This document shows positions 1-9,368 of a DNA stretch of 64,000 bases, piece after piece; within the stretch, counting starts at the first letter, position 1, and the number at the start of each line of letters is the position of its first letter. The position numbers were made by a program, and so were the translations under genes. Where the stretch lies: positions 18,221 through 82,220 of the forward strand of contig CAZLLO010000002.1 of the NCBI GenBank assembly GCA_964560525.1, written 5' to 3'. This stretch comes from an uncultured Candidatus Saccharibacteria bacterium. Lineage in GTDB: Bacteria; Patescibacteriota; Dojkabacteria; SC72. The notes beneath the pieces are model-generated. The model saw only the letters and a list, made by a program, of their open reading frames with translations, ran no database searches and had not been told where the DNA came from.

Positions 1-133
1 CTGCTTTTGCAGTTGGATCTCCTAATTTGTATGCAGTCCAACCATGTGCGTATTCATGTACCGCAGAGGCAATTAGTATTGATGGAACAGCGAATATTAT
101 CCAATATATTGTATCTGTTGTAATCTGTAGCAT
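1..133 (-). CDS. M50-family zinc metalloprotease, N-terminal fragment (gene continues upstream of window start)
   Basis: Reverse-complement translation from ATG at 131-133 gives MLQITTDTIYWIIFAVPSILIASAVHEYAHGWTAYKLGDPTAKA. It has an HExxH zinc motif (HEYAH) in a TM helix followed by GDPTA, typical of the M50B/SpoIVFB-like family. Confidence 0.55.
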   Translation of the reverse strand, partial: MLQITTDTIYWIIFAVPSILIASAVHEYAHGWTAYKLGDPTAKA

Positions 134-163
134 TAGCTATTATATAATATATTAAGAAAACCT

Positions 164-193
164 TTGACAATAAAACAGATTTTAGTTTATAAT
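164..193 (+). promoter_or_regulatory. Sigma70-like promoter for rpmB
   Basis: TTGACA at 164-169, 18-nt spacer, TATAAT at 188-193. The rpmB ATG at 203 lies about 10 nt downstream of the -10 box, so the transcript is near-leaderless and there is no SD sequence. Confidence 0.45.
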
Positions 194-202
194 ACCTCCG
201 TT

Positions 203-421
203 ATGTCAAAAGAATGTTTCATTTGTTCAAAATCTACAATAGCAGGTCGCAGCATCCAACACAAACACTCAGTGGGTTGGAGATACAAGGCACCTAAGTC
301 TATTAGACAGTTCAAACCAAATTACAGAAATGTAGATTTGGATATTGATGGTACAGTCACAAACGTTACAGTTTGTATGAAATGTTACAAAAGACTCAAA
401 AAAGACGCTGAAGAAAAATAA
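203..421 (+). CDS. rpmB: 50S ribosomal protein L28
   Basis: MSKECFICSKSTIAGRSIQHKHSVGWRYKAPK...RNVDL matches the L28 family pattern (C-x-x-C...N-x-S-H-x-x-x-R-R/W...PN). The ORF track start at 164 is a TTG inside the promoter, so the start is reassigned to ATG 203. Confidence 0.8.
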   Translation: MSKECFICSKSTIAGRSIQHKHSVGWRYKAPKSIRQFKPNYRNVDLDIDGTVTNVTVCMKCYKRLKKDAEEK

Positions 422-513
422 TCAGCTTTCACTTTTCTCTCTAATTTCTTCCTCTCGTCATCTCTGTTTTTTAATGATAGAATCAATCAATATCTAGTTG
501 TATATATCAGTTT

Positions 514-1569
514 ATGAAACTTTTTGATTCAATCTGGGAACTTCTAACATATGATTTGGGAATAGACTTGGGTACTGCGAATACCATGGTATACATGCGT
601 AATCATGGTATCGTAGTTTCAGAACCATCTGTTGTGGCGATAGATAAGCGAACGAAAACTGTACTTGCGGTTGGTAAAGAAGCAAGGCAGATGATTGGTA
701 GAACACCTGCCAATATCGCTGCAGTTAGACCTCTTAAAGATGGTGTGATTTCTGACTTTGATACTACTCAGGCAATGATTCATCATTTCATACACAGAGC
801 ACATTCATATTTTGGAAACTCGTTTAAGCTTCCAAGGCCAAGGGTCATAATAGGTGTTCCTTCTTCTGTTACCGAGGTCGAAAGACAAGCGGTAATTGAT
901 GCTGCTAAAACTGCGGGGGCAAGAGAAGTCTTCATTGTTGAAGAATCGATGGCTGCTGCCATAGGGGCAGGATTACCTGTTGAAGATGCCTCGGGAAGTA
1001 TGATTGTAGATGTAGGAGGTGGTACTTCCGATATTGCAGTCTTTTCTCTGGGAGATATTGTGGTTGATAATACCCTAAGGATTGCGGGAGATGAAATGGA
1101 TCAAGATGTAGTGAACTATGTAAGAGAAAAATACAATGTATTAATAGGGGAGAGAAGTGCAGAAGACGTAAAGATAGCTATTGGTTCTGCTATGCCACTA
1201 AAGAAAGAAACTAAGATGGCTGTACAAGGAAGAGATCTTTTAACAGGTTTACCAAAAACAGTAGAGCTAAGTAGTGTAGAGGTGAGAGAAGCCATAATGA
1301 CCTCGATATACCAGATAACAGAAGCAGTTAAAGATGCCATCGAAGATACTCCTCCAGAGCTTCTTAAAGACCTTCTCACATCAGGATTACATCTAACGGG
1401 CGGTGGAGCGTTGATTAAGGGTTTGGATGCATACTGGACCTCTGAACTTAATTTACCTGTCAAAATAGTAGATGATCCACTCTCTGCAGTAGCAAGAGGA
1501 ACTGCACTGATGCTAGACCACATTGAGCTCCTAGAGAGAGTACAAAGGTCTTGGAATGAGTTAGTTTAA
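514..1569 (+). CDS. mreB: Rod shape-determining actin homolog MreB
   Basis: DLGIDLGTANT phosphate-1 motif, DVGGGTSDIA phosphate-2 motif, and full-length similarity to MreB/Mbl. Confidence 0.95.
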   Translation: MKLFDSIWELLTYDLGIDLGTANTMVYMRNHGIVVSEPSVVAIDKRTKTVLAVGKEARQMIGRTPANIAAVRPLKDGVISDFDTTQAMIHHFIHRAHSYFGNSFKLPRPRVIIGVPSSVTEVERQAVIDAAKTAGAREVFIVEESMAAAIGAGLPVEDASGSMIVDVGGGTSDIAVFSLGDIVVDNTLRIAGDEMDQDVVNYVREKYNVLIGERSAEDVKIAIGSAMPLKKETKMAVQGRDLLTGLPKTVELSSVEVREAIMTSIYQITEAVKDAIEDTPPELLKDLLTSGLHLTGGGALIKGLDAYWTSELNLPVKIVDDPLSAVARGTALMLDHIELLERVQRSWNELV

Positions 1570-1582
1570 ATACACTCAATAT

Positions 1583-2398
1583 ATGAAACAGGAGAATAGC
1601 CAATATTTTGGGAAAGATAACAATTTCATATATATATCCTTAGCGGTAGGTATACTTTGCTTAATCCTAAGCAGTGTTAGTAACCTAAATCCATTGAGAA
1701 ATGCTATGTCCTATGTCTTTGAGCCAATAACTAAAGGGGCAAATGTTGCAGGTAGCAATACAAGAGAATATTTCTCTACTTTCATACAGCTTGGCAAATT
1801 CAGAAAAGAATACAATCAAATGAAAGCAGAGCTGTATACTAAAGAGGCAGAATATTCTAAATATTTAGTATTAAAAAGTGAAAACGATGCATTGAAGCAA
1901 CAGCTTGAAGTGTCAAGTATTGATGGATCATTTGTAATGGCTAATGTCTTGCGTGATGATGATGTGAATTCCATCTTAATCGATGAAGGGAGCAAATCAG
2001 AGATCACCCAGGGAGATGTTGTTACTTTAGGTAATGCTTTTGTAGGTATAGTTACAAATGTAGATGCGAAAGGTAGTAGGGTAAGGCTTGCAACAGACAG
2101 CAATTCCCATCTTGAAGTTGTAATAATGAAACCTGGGGAGGAGAGTAGGAAGAATATCTCTAGTAGGGGTGTAGCTGTAGGTTCTGTAGAGGGTATAAGG
2201 ATAGAAAATATAGCCATGAACTCTAATGCTGCCAACGGAGATGTCGTGTATGTTAATGATTCTAAAATTGGAGGTTTTTGGACACTGGGCTATCTAGTAG
2301 GTTTGTCTGAAAACCCTGCCAGTACTTACAAGACAGCATTTGTTTCTACCGTTTTAGACTATGACGACTTAACTAAAGTATTTGTTAAACTCAACTAA
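1583..2398 (+). CDS. mreC: Rod shape-determining protein MreC
   Basis: Directly after mreB. N-terminal TM helix, coiled-coil region, then beta-rich domain (GDVVxT...GGxxxxG...). Position and architecture fit MreC. Confidence 0.6.
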   Translation: MKQENSQYFGKDNNFIYISLAVGILCLILSSVSNLNPLRNAMSYVFEPITKGANVAGSNTREYFSTFIQLGKFRKEYNQMKAELYTKEAEYSKYLVLKSENDALKQQLEVSSIDGSFVMANVLRDDDVNSILIDEGSKSEITQGDVVTLGNAFVGIVTNVDAKGSRVRLATDSNSHLEVVIMKPGEESRKNISSRGVAVGSVEGIRIENIAMNSNAANGDVVYVNDSKIGGFWTLGYLVGLSENPASTYKTAFVSTVLDYDDLTKVFVKLN

Positions 2399-2894
2399 TA
2401 TGGGAATTCTGTATACATTAATTGCAATATTTGGAGTGGTTTTCTTAGAAAGCTTCCTTGTTGCACTTTGTGATCTCAGAATCCTTTTCTTAGTCTCTGT
2501 TGTGGCCTTTAAGAAAATCAATTGGAGATACTTGTGTATAGCGATAGCTATTTCATCTATTGTTTTAGATGTGGTGTATCACTATGTTTTGGGTACTAAT
2601 CTGATTCTAATAGCCATTCCCATGCTATTGCTTCTTCTATTCTCGCTATTTGTTCCTCTAGGGCAGAGTCTTCCAGGGTATGCAGTTAAGCTAGGGATAT
2701 TTGTGTTTTACAACGTTTTACTTGTTACGGTTCCCAACTTTCTTCTTGAGGGTGTGTTTGGACAGCTTAGTTGGGCGATTCTTTTAGGAATTCTTGTAAA
2801 GTCATGCGTTTCTGTATTACTGTGCTTTGTAGCTGATTTAGTTTGGGACAGATTTAGAAAGAAAGAAGATGGTACAAAATTAAGATTAAAATAG
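2382..2894 (+). CDS. mreD: Polytopic membrane protein, probable MreD
   Basis: A 170-aa protein with 4-5 TM helices, located between mreC and PBP2 in the conserved mreBCD-mrdA order. Confidence 0.45.
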   Translation: MLNSTNMGILYTLIAIFGVVFLESFLVALCDLRILFLVSVVAFKKINWRYLCIAIAISSIVLDVVYHYVLGTNLILIAIPMLLLLLFSLFVPLGQSLPGYAVKLGIFVFYNVLLVTVPNFLLEGVFGQLSWAILLGILVKSCVSVLLCFVADLVWDRFRKKEDGTKLRLK

Positions 2895-2901
2895 TAAGGG
2901 T

Positions 2902-4908
2902 ATGGATTTGAAGTTCTCGAAACAATTAGATGTTACTCCTAAGAAGATACTTAAAGCTGTAAGTAAGCCAAAGATAGGTGATATTAAGAAGAGAGCGAAA
3001 GATCTTTTTATGCGGACTACAGACTCAGTAAAGGCTTCTCCATGGAACTATCTTTTGGCATTCTTCCTCTTCTTTTTAATTTTTGGTGTCTTAATATGGC
3101 AATTAGCAAGGCTTCAGATAGTGGAGGGGGAAGAGATGCTAGCTAAGTCGGAGAATAATCAAATTAGGCTAGAGAGTACAGCTGCATATCGAGGGGTTAT
3201 CTTTGATAGAAATGGGGTGAAATTAGTAGAGAATATTACCTCTTCGAATTTGTATCTATCGATAGAACCATATGAGAGTGTAAGGGGTAAATTAGACGAA
3301 TCAAAACTAGGGGAGGTTTCCAATACCCTCAGGGGTATACTAGGAGACAGCTGGAACAAGACATCTAAGGATGGTTCTGCAACATATTCCTCCATTATGG
3401 AAAGAGTGCAAAAGATATATGAAGAGAGTCCATACTTTACAGCTATATTAATTGCTAGTGATTTGAGTAATGATACCGTTATAAAAATAAAAGCACAGTT
3501 TGAATCTCTACCAGGTGCATATATAGATGATGGAAGTAAGCGAGAATATCCATTTAAGGATTCAATCTCAGCTGTTTTGGGATACACAGGAGAAGTGACA
3601 GCTGAGGATTTAGATGTTTTTGACTATGTAAGTGCTACAGATATCGTAGGAAGATCTGGCTTAGAGCGAAAGTACGATGAAATACTTGCAGGTGAGGATG
3701 GAAAGGTTGCGTGGGAAGTAGATAGCCAAGGTAGAAAGATTTCAGATGAAGGGCTGGTTGTATCAGAGCCTGTCTCAGGGCAGAATATGTATCTAACTAT
3801 AGATATGGATGTACAAAAGAAGATGTACGAACTACTTGCTGCGGGGGTAAAGAATGTAGATGCTACAGGTGGTGCTGGAATTATTGAAGATGTTAATACA
3901 GGCGAGATCATAGCTATGGTTACGTATCCTAGCTATGACAACAATCTTTTTACAGGAGGAATATCTGCTAAGGACTATGCTAAGTTAGTTAAGAATACAG
4001 CCAATCCATTACTGAACAGAGCAGTAGGGGCACAGATACCACCAGGTTCAACCTTTAAAACCATTGTCTCTGTTGGTGCATTAGATACTGGTGCCGTAAC
4101 GAGAAATACAAAGTACGTAAGTACATCAAGTTACAAATTCTCCAATGGTGCATCATTTCAAGAGTATATGAATCACTCATATGGTACTTTGAACCTCATA
4201 GATGCTCTTTCGGTGTCATCTAACGTTTTCTTTTGTGAAGTCATAAGGCACTGGGATATGAATGCGTTGGTACCATATATGGAGAAATTTGGTATAGGGA
4301 AGCTTACGGGTATTGATATTCCTGGAGAAGGTGCAGGAAGACTTCCATCTCCTGCGAACAAGCTTTTGTTAGCTACTACCAGTAGTCCATGGTTAGATCC
4401 TATCTGGTATCCAGAAGGGGATTCATGTAACTCAGTTATTGGGCAGGGTATCACGCTTGCAACTCCCATACAGATGGTCAATTGGGTCTCTGCCATAGCT
4501 AACGAGGGTACCTTGTACAAACCCCATATTGCTAAATATTTTGTAGATGAAAATGGAAACAAAACAGAGGTTCTAGCTGAAGTTTTGCAAAGCAACATTG
4601 CAGGCAAAGAGGCATTTGATATCACGAAAGAGGGAATGTGGTCTGTAGTTAATGGCAGCCGTGCTTTCATCCCGATGCTTGGAAATCTAGGTGTAGAAGT
4701 TGCTGCAAAGACAGGAACCGCAGAATTTGGAGCCTTAAACAAAAAGGGACAGTATGAGCATACGCACGCTTGGACCACGGGTTTTTTCCCATATGACAAA
4801 CCTAAATATGCATTTGTATTGTTCTTAGAAGATGGTGGTTTAAGTCTTAATGCTACGAAGATTGCTAAGGAGATGATTAGTTGGATGGTCAAAGAAGGAA
4901 AGATTTAA
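2902..4908 (+). CDS. mrdA: Penicillin-binding protein 2 (peptidoglycan D,D-transpeptidase)
   Basis: N-terminal TM anchor; transpeptidase motifs STFK (SxxK), SSN (SVSSNVFF), KTGTA (KTG); PBP dimerisation domain. Confidence 0.9.
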   Translation: MDLKFSKQLDVTPKKILKAVSKPKIGDIKKRAKDLFMRTTDSVKASPWNYLLAFFLFFLIFGVLIWQLARLQIVEGEEMLAKSENNQIRLESTAAYRGVIFDRNGVKLVENITSSNLYLSIEPYESVRGKLDESKLGEVSNTLRGILGDSWNKTSKDGSATYSSIMERVQKIYEESPYFTAILIASDLSNDTVIKIKAQFESLPGAYIDDGSKREYPFKDSISAVLGYTGEVTAEDLDVFDYVSATDIVGRSGLERKYDEILAGEDGKVAWEVDSQGRKISDEGLVVSEPVSGQNMYLTIDMDVQKKMYELLAAGVKNVDATGGAGIIEDVNTGEIIAMVTYPSYDNNLFTGGISAKDYAKLVKNTANPLLNRAVGAQIPPGSTFKTIVSVGALDTGAVTRNTKYVSTSSYKFSNGASFQEYMNHSYGTLNLIDALSVSSNVFFCEVIRHWDMNALVPYMEKFGIGKLTGIDIPGEGAGRLPSPANKLLLATTSSPWLDPIWYPEGDSCNSVIGQGITLATPIQMVNWVSAIANEGTLYKPHIAKYFVDENGNKTEVLAEVLQSNIAGKEAFDITKEGMWSVVNGSRAFIPMLGNLGVEVAAKTGTAEFGALNKKGQYEHTHAWTTGFFPYDKPKYAFVLFLEDGGLSLNATKIAKEMISWMVKEGKI

Positions 4909-4942
4909 CCAAGAGTTCATCTTTTCCTGCCATACTATATAT

Positions 4943-5614
4943 ATGGTAAGTATTTCAATTTCAGAAAATAGATATCCGTCTCTTCTTAAGGAAATATATG
5001 ATCCTCCTAAATGTCTGTATACAAAAGGAAATGTTCAGCTTCTTGGTAAACGTTGTATCTCAATTGTCGGTAGCAGGAATGCAACGAGCTATTCAAAATG
5101 GATAGTTGAAAATCTTTTAGATGAGAAGCTATTGAAATTAGATTTTTGTATTGTGAGTGGCTTGGCAAGAGGGGTGGATACATTGGTACATAGAAGATGC
5201 CTAGAGTTAGGAATTCCAACGATAGCAGTAATTGCAGGAGGTATTGAGAATATATATCCATTAAGCAATACTTCGTTGTATTACGAAATCGCAAACAAAG
5301 GGCTATTAATTGCTGAATATGAGGGTATGGCTCCAATGAAAAAAGGTATGTTCCCAAGAAGGAACAGGATTTTGGCTGGAATATCAGAGGCAACGATTGT
5401 AGTAGAGGCAGATATCAAAAGTGGATCACTTTTAACAGCCAGTTATGCGTTGGAGAGTAACAGGGATGTGTATGCGATACCTGGATATATTAACAAAAAT
5501 ACGTCACATGGTTGTAACACACTAATTAAACAGGGAGCACAAGTCATAACTTCAAAAGAGGACTTCGAACAGATCTTAGGAATTGAACAGGACCAGCTAA
5601 GAATGAGTATTTAA
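4943..5614 (+). CDS. dprA: DNA processing protein DprA (Smf), short form
   Basis: IVGSRNAT...GLARGVDTLVHR...GMFPRRNRILAGIS...DIKSGSL...AIPG is the DprA Rossmann-like domain signature. Confidence 0.85.
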   Translation: MVSISISENRYPSLLKEIYDPPKCLYTKGNVQLLGKRCISIVGSRNATSYSKWIVENLLDEKLLKLDFCIVSGLARGVDTLVHRRCLELGIPTIAVIAGGIENIYPLSNTSLYYEIANKGLLIAEYEGMAPMKKGMFPRRNRILAGISEATIVVEADIKSGSLLTASYALESNRDVYAIPGYINKNTSHGCNTLIKQGAQVITSKEDFEQILGIEQDQLRMSI

Positions 5615-5743
5615 TTGAAGGGGTAGTAAACCAACTAAAAAGAAAGGCGTCAAAGCTAAGAAATGTTTACGAATTGGGCGTGCAAGTTCTTTGCGCAGTT
5701 TGACAATGCTCATATATTTAATGTATTTTAAGAGGTCAAAATT

Positions 5744-7879
5744 ATGGAAAAAACAAAAAGCAAATACAAAAACCTTTTAATTGTTGAGTCTCCTGCGAAA
5801 GCAAAGACTATTAACAAGTATCTAGGTACAGATTACAAAGTCATGGCTACTGTTGGCCATATTATCGACCTCCCAAAGAGTAAGTTGGGAGTAGATGTTG
5901 AGCATAACTACGAGCCTTTGTTTGAAACGATATATGGTAAGGGCAAAATTATAACTGACCTCAAGCGAGCAGTACCTAAAGATGGAAATGTTTTCTTAGC
6001 AATGGACCCTGATCGCGAAGGAGAAGCCATAGCATGGCATGTAAACAGTGTATTAAAGGCTAAGAATATTAAGAGAGTAATGTTCAATGAAATAACTAAG
6101 GATGCAATTTTAGAAGCCGTTCAACATCCAACAGATATTGATGAAAATCTTGTAGAAGCACAGAAAGCAAGAAGAATACTAGATAGATTGGTAGGATACA
6201 AGCTTTCAGAGTTACTTTGGAAAAAGATATGGTATGGACTTTCCGCAGGTAGAGTACAGTCTGTTGCATTGAGATTAGTTGTTGAAAGAGAAGAGGAAAG
6301 AGAGGCTTTTAAAGCTGAGGAATATTGGGATTTTGGAGTAGAGGTTAAGGATGAAAGTGGCAATGTATTAAATGCAAAATTAGCTCAGAAAGATGGAAAG
6401 AAATATATTCCTACAAACAAAGATGAGGTAGAGGGAATTGAAAAAACACTTGGAGCTTCTGATTACATTGTTAAAGATGTAGTTGTTAAAAAGGTTAAGA
6501 AGCATCCATATCCTCCATTTACTACATCTACACTTCAACAAGCTGCAAATAATGTTTTGGGATATTCATCTAAGCGAACCATGGCTATTGCTCAGATCTT
6601 GTATCAGGCTGGTTACATTACATATATGAGAACTGACTCATTCAACTTGAGTGCTAAGGCTGTTGATTCAATTAGAGAATTGATAAACAATAGGTATGGT
6701 AAAGAATATTTACCTGCTACTCCAAACTACTACAAAACCAGAAGCAAGGGTGCTCAGGAAGCTCACGAAGCTATCCGACCTTCAGATATTAACGTTACTA
6801 GAGAGAAGATTGAGGCTCAGTTTGGTAGCGCAGAGGCAAAACTGTACGACTTAATATGGAAGCGAGCAGTTTCTTGTCAGATGACAGACAAGCAGGCTGA
6901 GATTCTAACGGTTTCCATTGTTAACAAGGATGTTAAGAAACCTGAATATGTATTTACATTGGGTGGTGAGATGACTTTGTTTGATGGTTTTAGAAAAGTT
7001 TTAGGTACTGGTAAGGTTGAAGATGATTTACAAGAGATTTCTAAGATTGAGAAGGGTGATACTTTGAAATGGAAGAAGTTTGTTAAGGAGCAGAAATATA
7101 CTCAACCTCCTGCTAGATATACTGATGCATCATTGGTTAAGAAGCTCGAGGCTTTGGAGATTGGTAGACCTTCTACATATGCAACCATAATCTCGACTAT
7201 TGAGGCGAGAGGATATATTACTAAGGAAGCTAAGGCTTTGATTCCTACTGATGTGGGTAGAATTGTTACTAATTTCCTTAGAGACAACTTTAAGAGGTTG
7301 GTAGATTACAAATATACGGCTAAGGTTGAGGCTGAATTGGATGGTATTGCTGCAGGTAAGATGAAGTATGCTCCAGTTATGGATGAGCAATACAAGCCTT
7401 TGGTAGAAGAGATTGCTAAGGCTGAGAAGGATGTTAACAAGGAAGACGTAGTCATACTTGGTAAGGCTGAGGACAAGTGTCCTGAGTGTGGTGGGGAGAT
7501 GATCATTAGAATTGGTAGATATGGTAAATTCCTTAGTTGTGCTAAATTCCCTGAGTGTAAGGGTATGAAGGATTTGTCTGGGAATGAAGAGAGTTTGGAT
7601 TTTAACAAATATCTTAGACCTGAGAAGTGTCCTAAGTGTGGTGGGGAATTGGTGTTAAAGAATAGCAAATATGGTAAGTTCTGGGCTTGTAAGGACTATC
7701 CTAAGTGTAAGGGTACAGTTCCTCTTCTTTTACAAGAGAAGTGTCCTGAGTGTAATCATCCTTTGGTTGAAAGAAGGAGTAAGTGGGGTAGAACATTTAC
7801 TGGATGTAGTAACTATCCTGAGTGTAAGTATATAAAGAAGACGTTTAAGGCTAAGAAGAAAAAGAAGAGTTCAGAGTAA
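5744..7879 (+). CDS. topA: DNA topoisomerase I
   Basis: Toprim start (LLIVESPAKAKTI), catalytic-Tyr region (GYITYMRTDS), and three C-terminal C4 zinc ribbons (CPECGGEM..., CPKCGGEL..., CPECNHPL...). Confidence 0.95.
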   Translation: MEKTKSKYKNLLIVESPAKAKTINKYLGTDYKVMATVGHIIDLPKSKLGVDVEHNYEPLFETIYGKGKIITDLKRAVPKDGNVFLAMDPDREGEAIAWHVNSVLKAKNIKRVMFNEITKDAILEAVQHPTDIDENLVEAQKARRILDRLVGYKLSELLWKKIWYGLSAGRVQSVALRLVVEREEEREAFKAEEYWDFGVEVKDESGNVLNAKLAQKDGKKYIPTNKDEVEGIEKTLGASDYIVKDVVVKKVKKHPYPPFTTSTLQQAANNVLGYSSKRTMAIAQILYQAGYITYMRTDSFNLSAKAVDSIRELINNRYGKEYLPATPNYYKTRSKGAQEAHEAIRPSDINVTREKIEAQFGSAEAKLYDLIWKRAVSCQMTDKQAEILTVSIVNKDVKKPEYVFTLGGEMTLFDGFRKVLGTGKVEDDLQEISKIEKGDTLKWKKFVKEQKYTQPPARYTDASLVKKLEALEIGRPSTYATIISTIEARGYITKEAKALIPTDVGRIVTNFLRDNFKRLVDYKYTAKVEAELDGIAAGKMKYAPVMDEQYKPLVEEIAKAEKDVNKEDVVILGKAEDKCPECGGEMIIRIGRYGKFLSCAKFPECKGMKDLSGNEESLDFNKYLRPEKCPKCGGELVLKNSKYGKFWACKDYPKCKGTVPLLLQEKCPECNHPLVERRSKWGRTFTGCSNYPECKYIKKTFKAKKKKKSSE

Positions 7880-7907
7880 TTTCATATATATCTTCTAAGA
7901 TATATAC

Positions 7908-8540
7908 ATGCTTCCAAGAGAAAAATATTTAGAAAGGGGTATAGATAGCCTCAGTGATATGGAGTTAATAGCCATAATTATTGGTTCTGGTATTAAGGGT
8001 CATGATTTTATGTCCGTTTCCAGATCTGTGGTATATCAAATACGAAAATCTATAAAGAAGAATGGGAATGTAGATATTAAGGATATTGTTGATATTCTTG
8101 GTATTGGTTTAGCTACAGCTATGAAGATTCTCTCTGGTATTGAATTGGGTAGGAGGTTGTATGACCTAGGTAACAAGGAGAAGATTTCTGTTAGAAATGC
8201 ACAAGAGGCTTACTATTTGTTAAAGGATATGCGAAACAAGAAACAGGAATATATTGTGGGATTGTTTCTTAATTCTAGATTTGAGTTACTAGAACAACGT
8301 ACATTGGCTATTGGTACAGTGGATGGGGCTGGGTTACTTCCGAGGGATGTTATTATTCCTGCATTAGAACTTAATGCTAGTTCTGTTATTATGGCACATA
8401 ACCATCCTTCTGGGGATTCTTTACCTAGTAATGAGGATATTGATGTTACACAGAGGGTAGGGAAAGCGTTAGATTTAGTAGGGATTAAACTACTAGATCA
8501 TATGGTTATAGGGAAGGATGATTGGAAAAGTATTTGTTAA
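7908..8540 (+). CDS. radC: RadC-family JAB/MPN domain protein
   Basis: N-terminal HhH-like region and C-terminal JAMM motif HNHPSGDSLPSNED. Confidence 0.85.
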   Translation: MLPREKYLERGIDSLSDMELIAIIIGSGIKGHDFMSVSRSVVYQIRKSIKKNGNVDIKDIVDILGIGLATAMKILSGIELGRRLYDLGNKEKISVRNAQEAYYLLKDMRNKKQEYIVGLFLNSRFELLEQRTLAIGTVDGAGLLPRDVIIPALELNASSVIMAHNHPSGDSLPSNEDIDVTQRVGKALDLVGIKLLDHMVIGKDDWKSIC

Positions 8541-8937
8541 GCGTATCTACCTTCATTTTGATTTTGTTAAAAATAGTTTCTACAGCAAAATCGAAAGGTA
8601 TAAAAACATCTTGGATATTCCAGATTTCATAATTTTTACCATTGTATCCCAGGGTTTTAGTGCAATACAGAAATTGCTTCTTGGTCATGAATATTATCAA
8701 ATCCTGTTCATCGAGGATCTCTTTTGTAGTTAAAGTCCAAATCTTGGAGGCATATTTCAATAGATCATTTTTAAGAAGAATCTTTTCTGTATATCTACAT
8801 ATTGGACCATCTAAATTTCTTGAAGCTTCAATACCACTTGAACTTACGTTGTTCCCTTTAACATCTTTTGATATTAAATATGCTTCTGCTAAACGACTTC
8901 TGAATGTATTCCCATTACAAACGAAATGAATTTTCAT
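8506..8937 (-). CDS. Low-molecular-weight protein tyrosine phosphatase / ArsC-like
   Basis: N-terminal P-loop VCNGNTFRS (C-x5-R-S) of LMW-PTPs, in a 143-aa protein. Its 3' end overlaps radC convergently by about 35 nt. Confidence 0.7.
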   Translation of the reverse strand: MKIHFVCNGNTFRSRLAEAYLISKDVKGNNVSSSGIEASRNLDGPICRYTEKILLKNDLLKYASKIWTLTTKEILDEQDLIIFMTKKQFLYCTKTLGYNGKNYEIWNIQDVFIPFDFAVETIFNKIKMKVDTLNKYFSNHPSL

Positions 8938-8961
8938 AAATATACTTTACTACACAATTAG

Positions 8962-9303
8962 ATGATTGGAAAAGTATATTATGATAAACTTGATATAGTA
9001 ATGCCAAAGAAATTTGAAAGAAAAATAGAAGACTTTGAATGTGAAAACTGTCATACAAAAGTAAAAGGAAATGGATATACAGACCATTGTCCCAATTGCT
9101 TGTACTCCAAACACGTAGATATTAATCCAGGAGATAGAAAATCTCCTTGTAAGGGCTCAATGATACCAATAGCAGTAGAAGTTAAAAGAGATGGTTACAA
9201 AATACATTACAAATGTAAGAAATGTGGATATATACATAGAGTTAAGTCAGTACAAGAGGATAACTTTGATAGAATATTGGAATTAGTAAAGAAGCCATTT
9301 TAA
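8962..9303 (+). CDS. RNHCP-like zinc-ribbon protein
   Basis: Two Cys pairs (CENCH...DHCPNC and CKKCGY) and a TDHCPNC motif resembling the RNHCP domain signature. This is a 113-aa protein at the start of the AT-rich island. Confidence 0.35.
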   Translation: MIGKVYYDKLDIVMPKKFERKIEDFECENCHTKVKGNGYTDHCPNCLYSKHVDINPGDRKSPCKGSMIPIAVEVKRDGYKIHYKCKKCGYIHRVKSVQEDNFDRILELVKKPF

Positions 9304-9368
9304 AAGTATTTACAGTGACGTAGAGTGCTGTTATAATTTGATGCAATAAGTTAATTATTGCACCCAAA

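Noticed and set aside
619-1523. Antisense ORFs 619..804 and 1116..1523 inside mreB; similarly 3159..3911 and 4173..4892 inside mrdA, 6121..7668 inside topA, 53333..54208 inside ychF
   Set aside because: They are fully embedded opposite strongly supported conserved genes. They have low-complexity, Ser/Leu-rich translations typical of antisense frames.
8518-8929. Plus-strand ORFs 8518..8733 and 8642..8929
   Set aside because: They overlap the minus-strand LMW-PTP gene, which has a clear CX5R P-loop, and they have no motifs.
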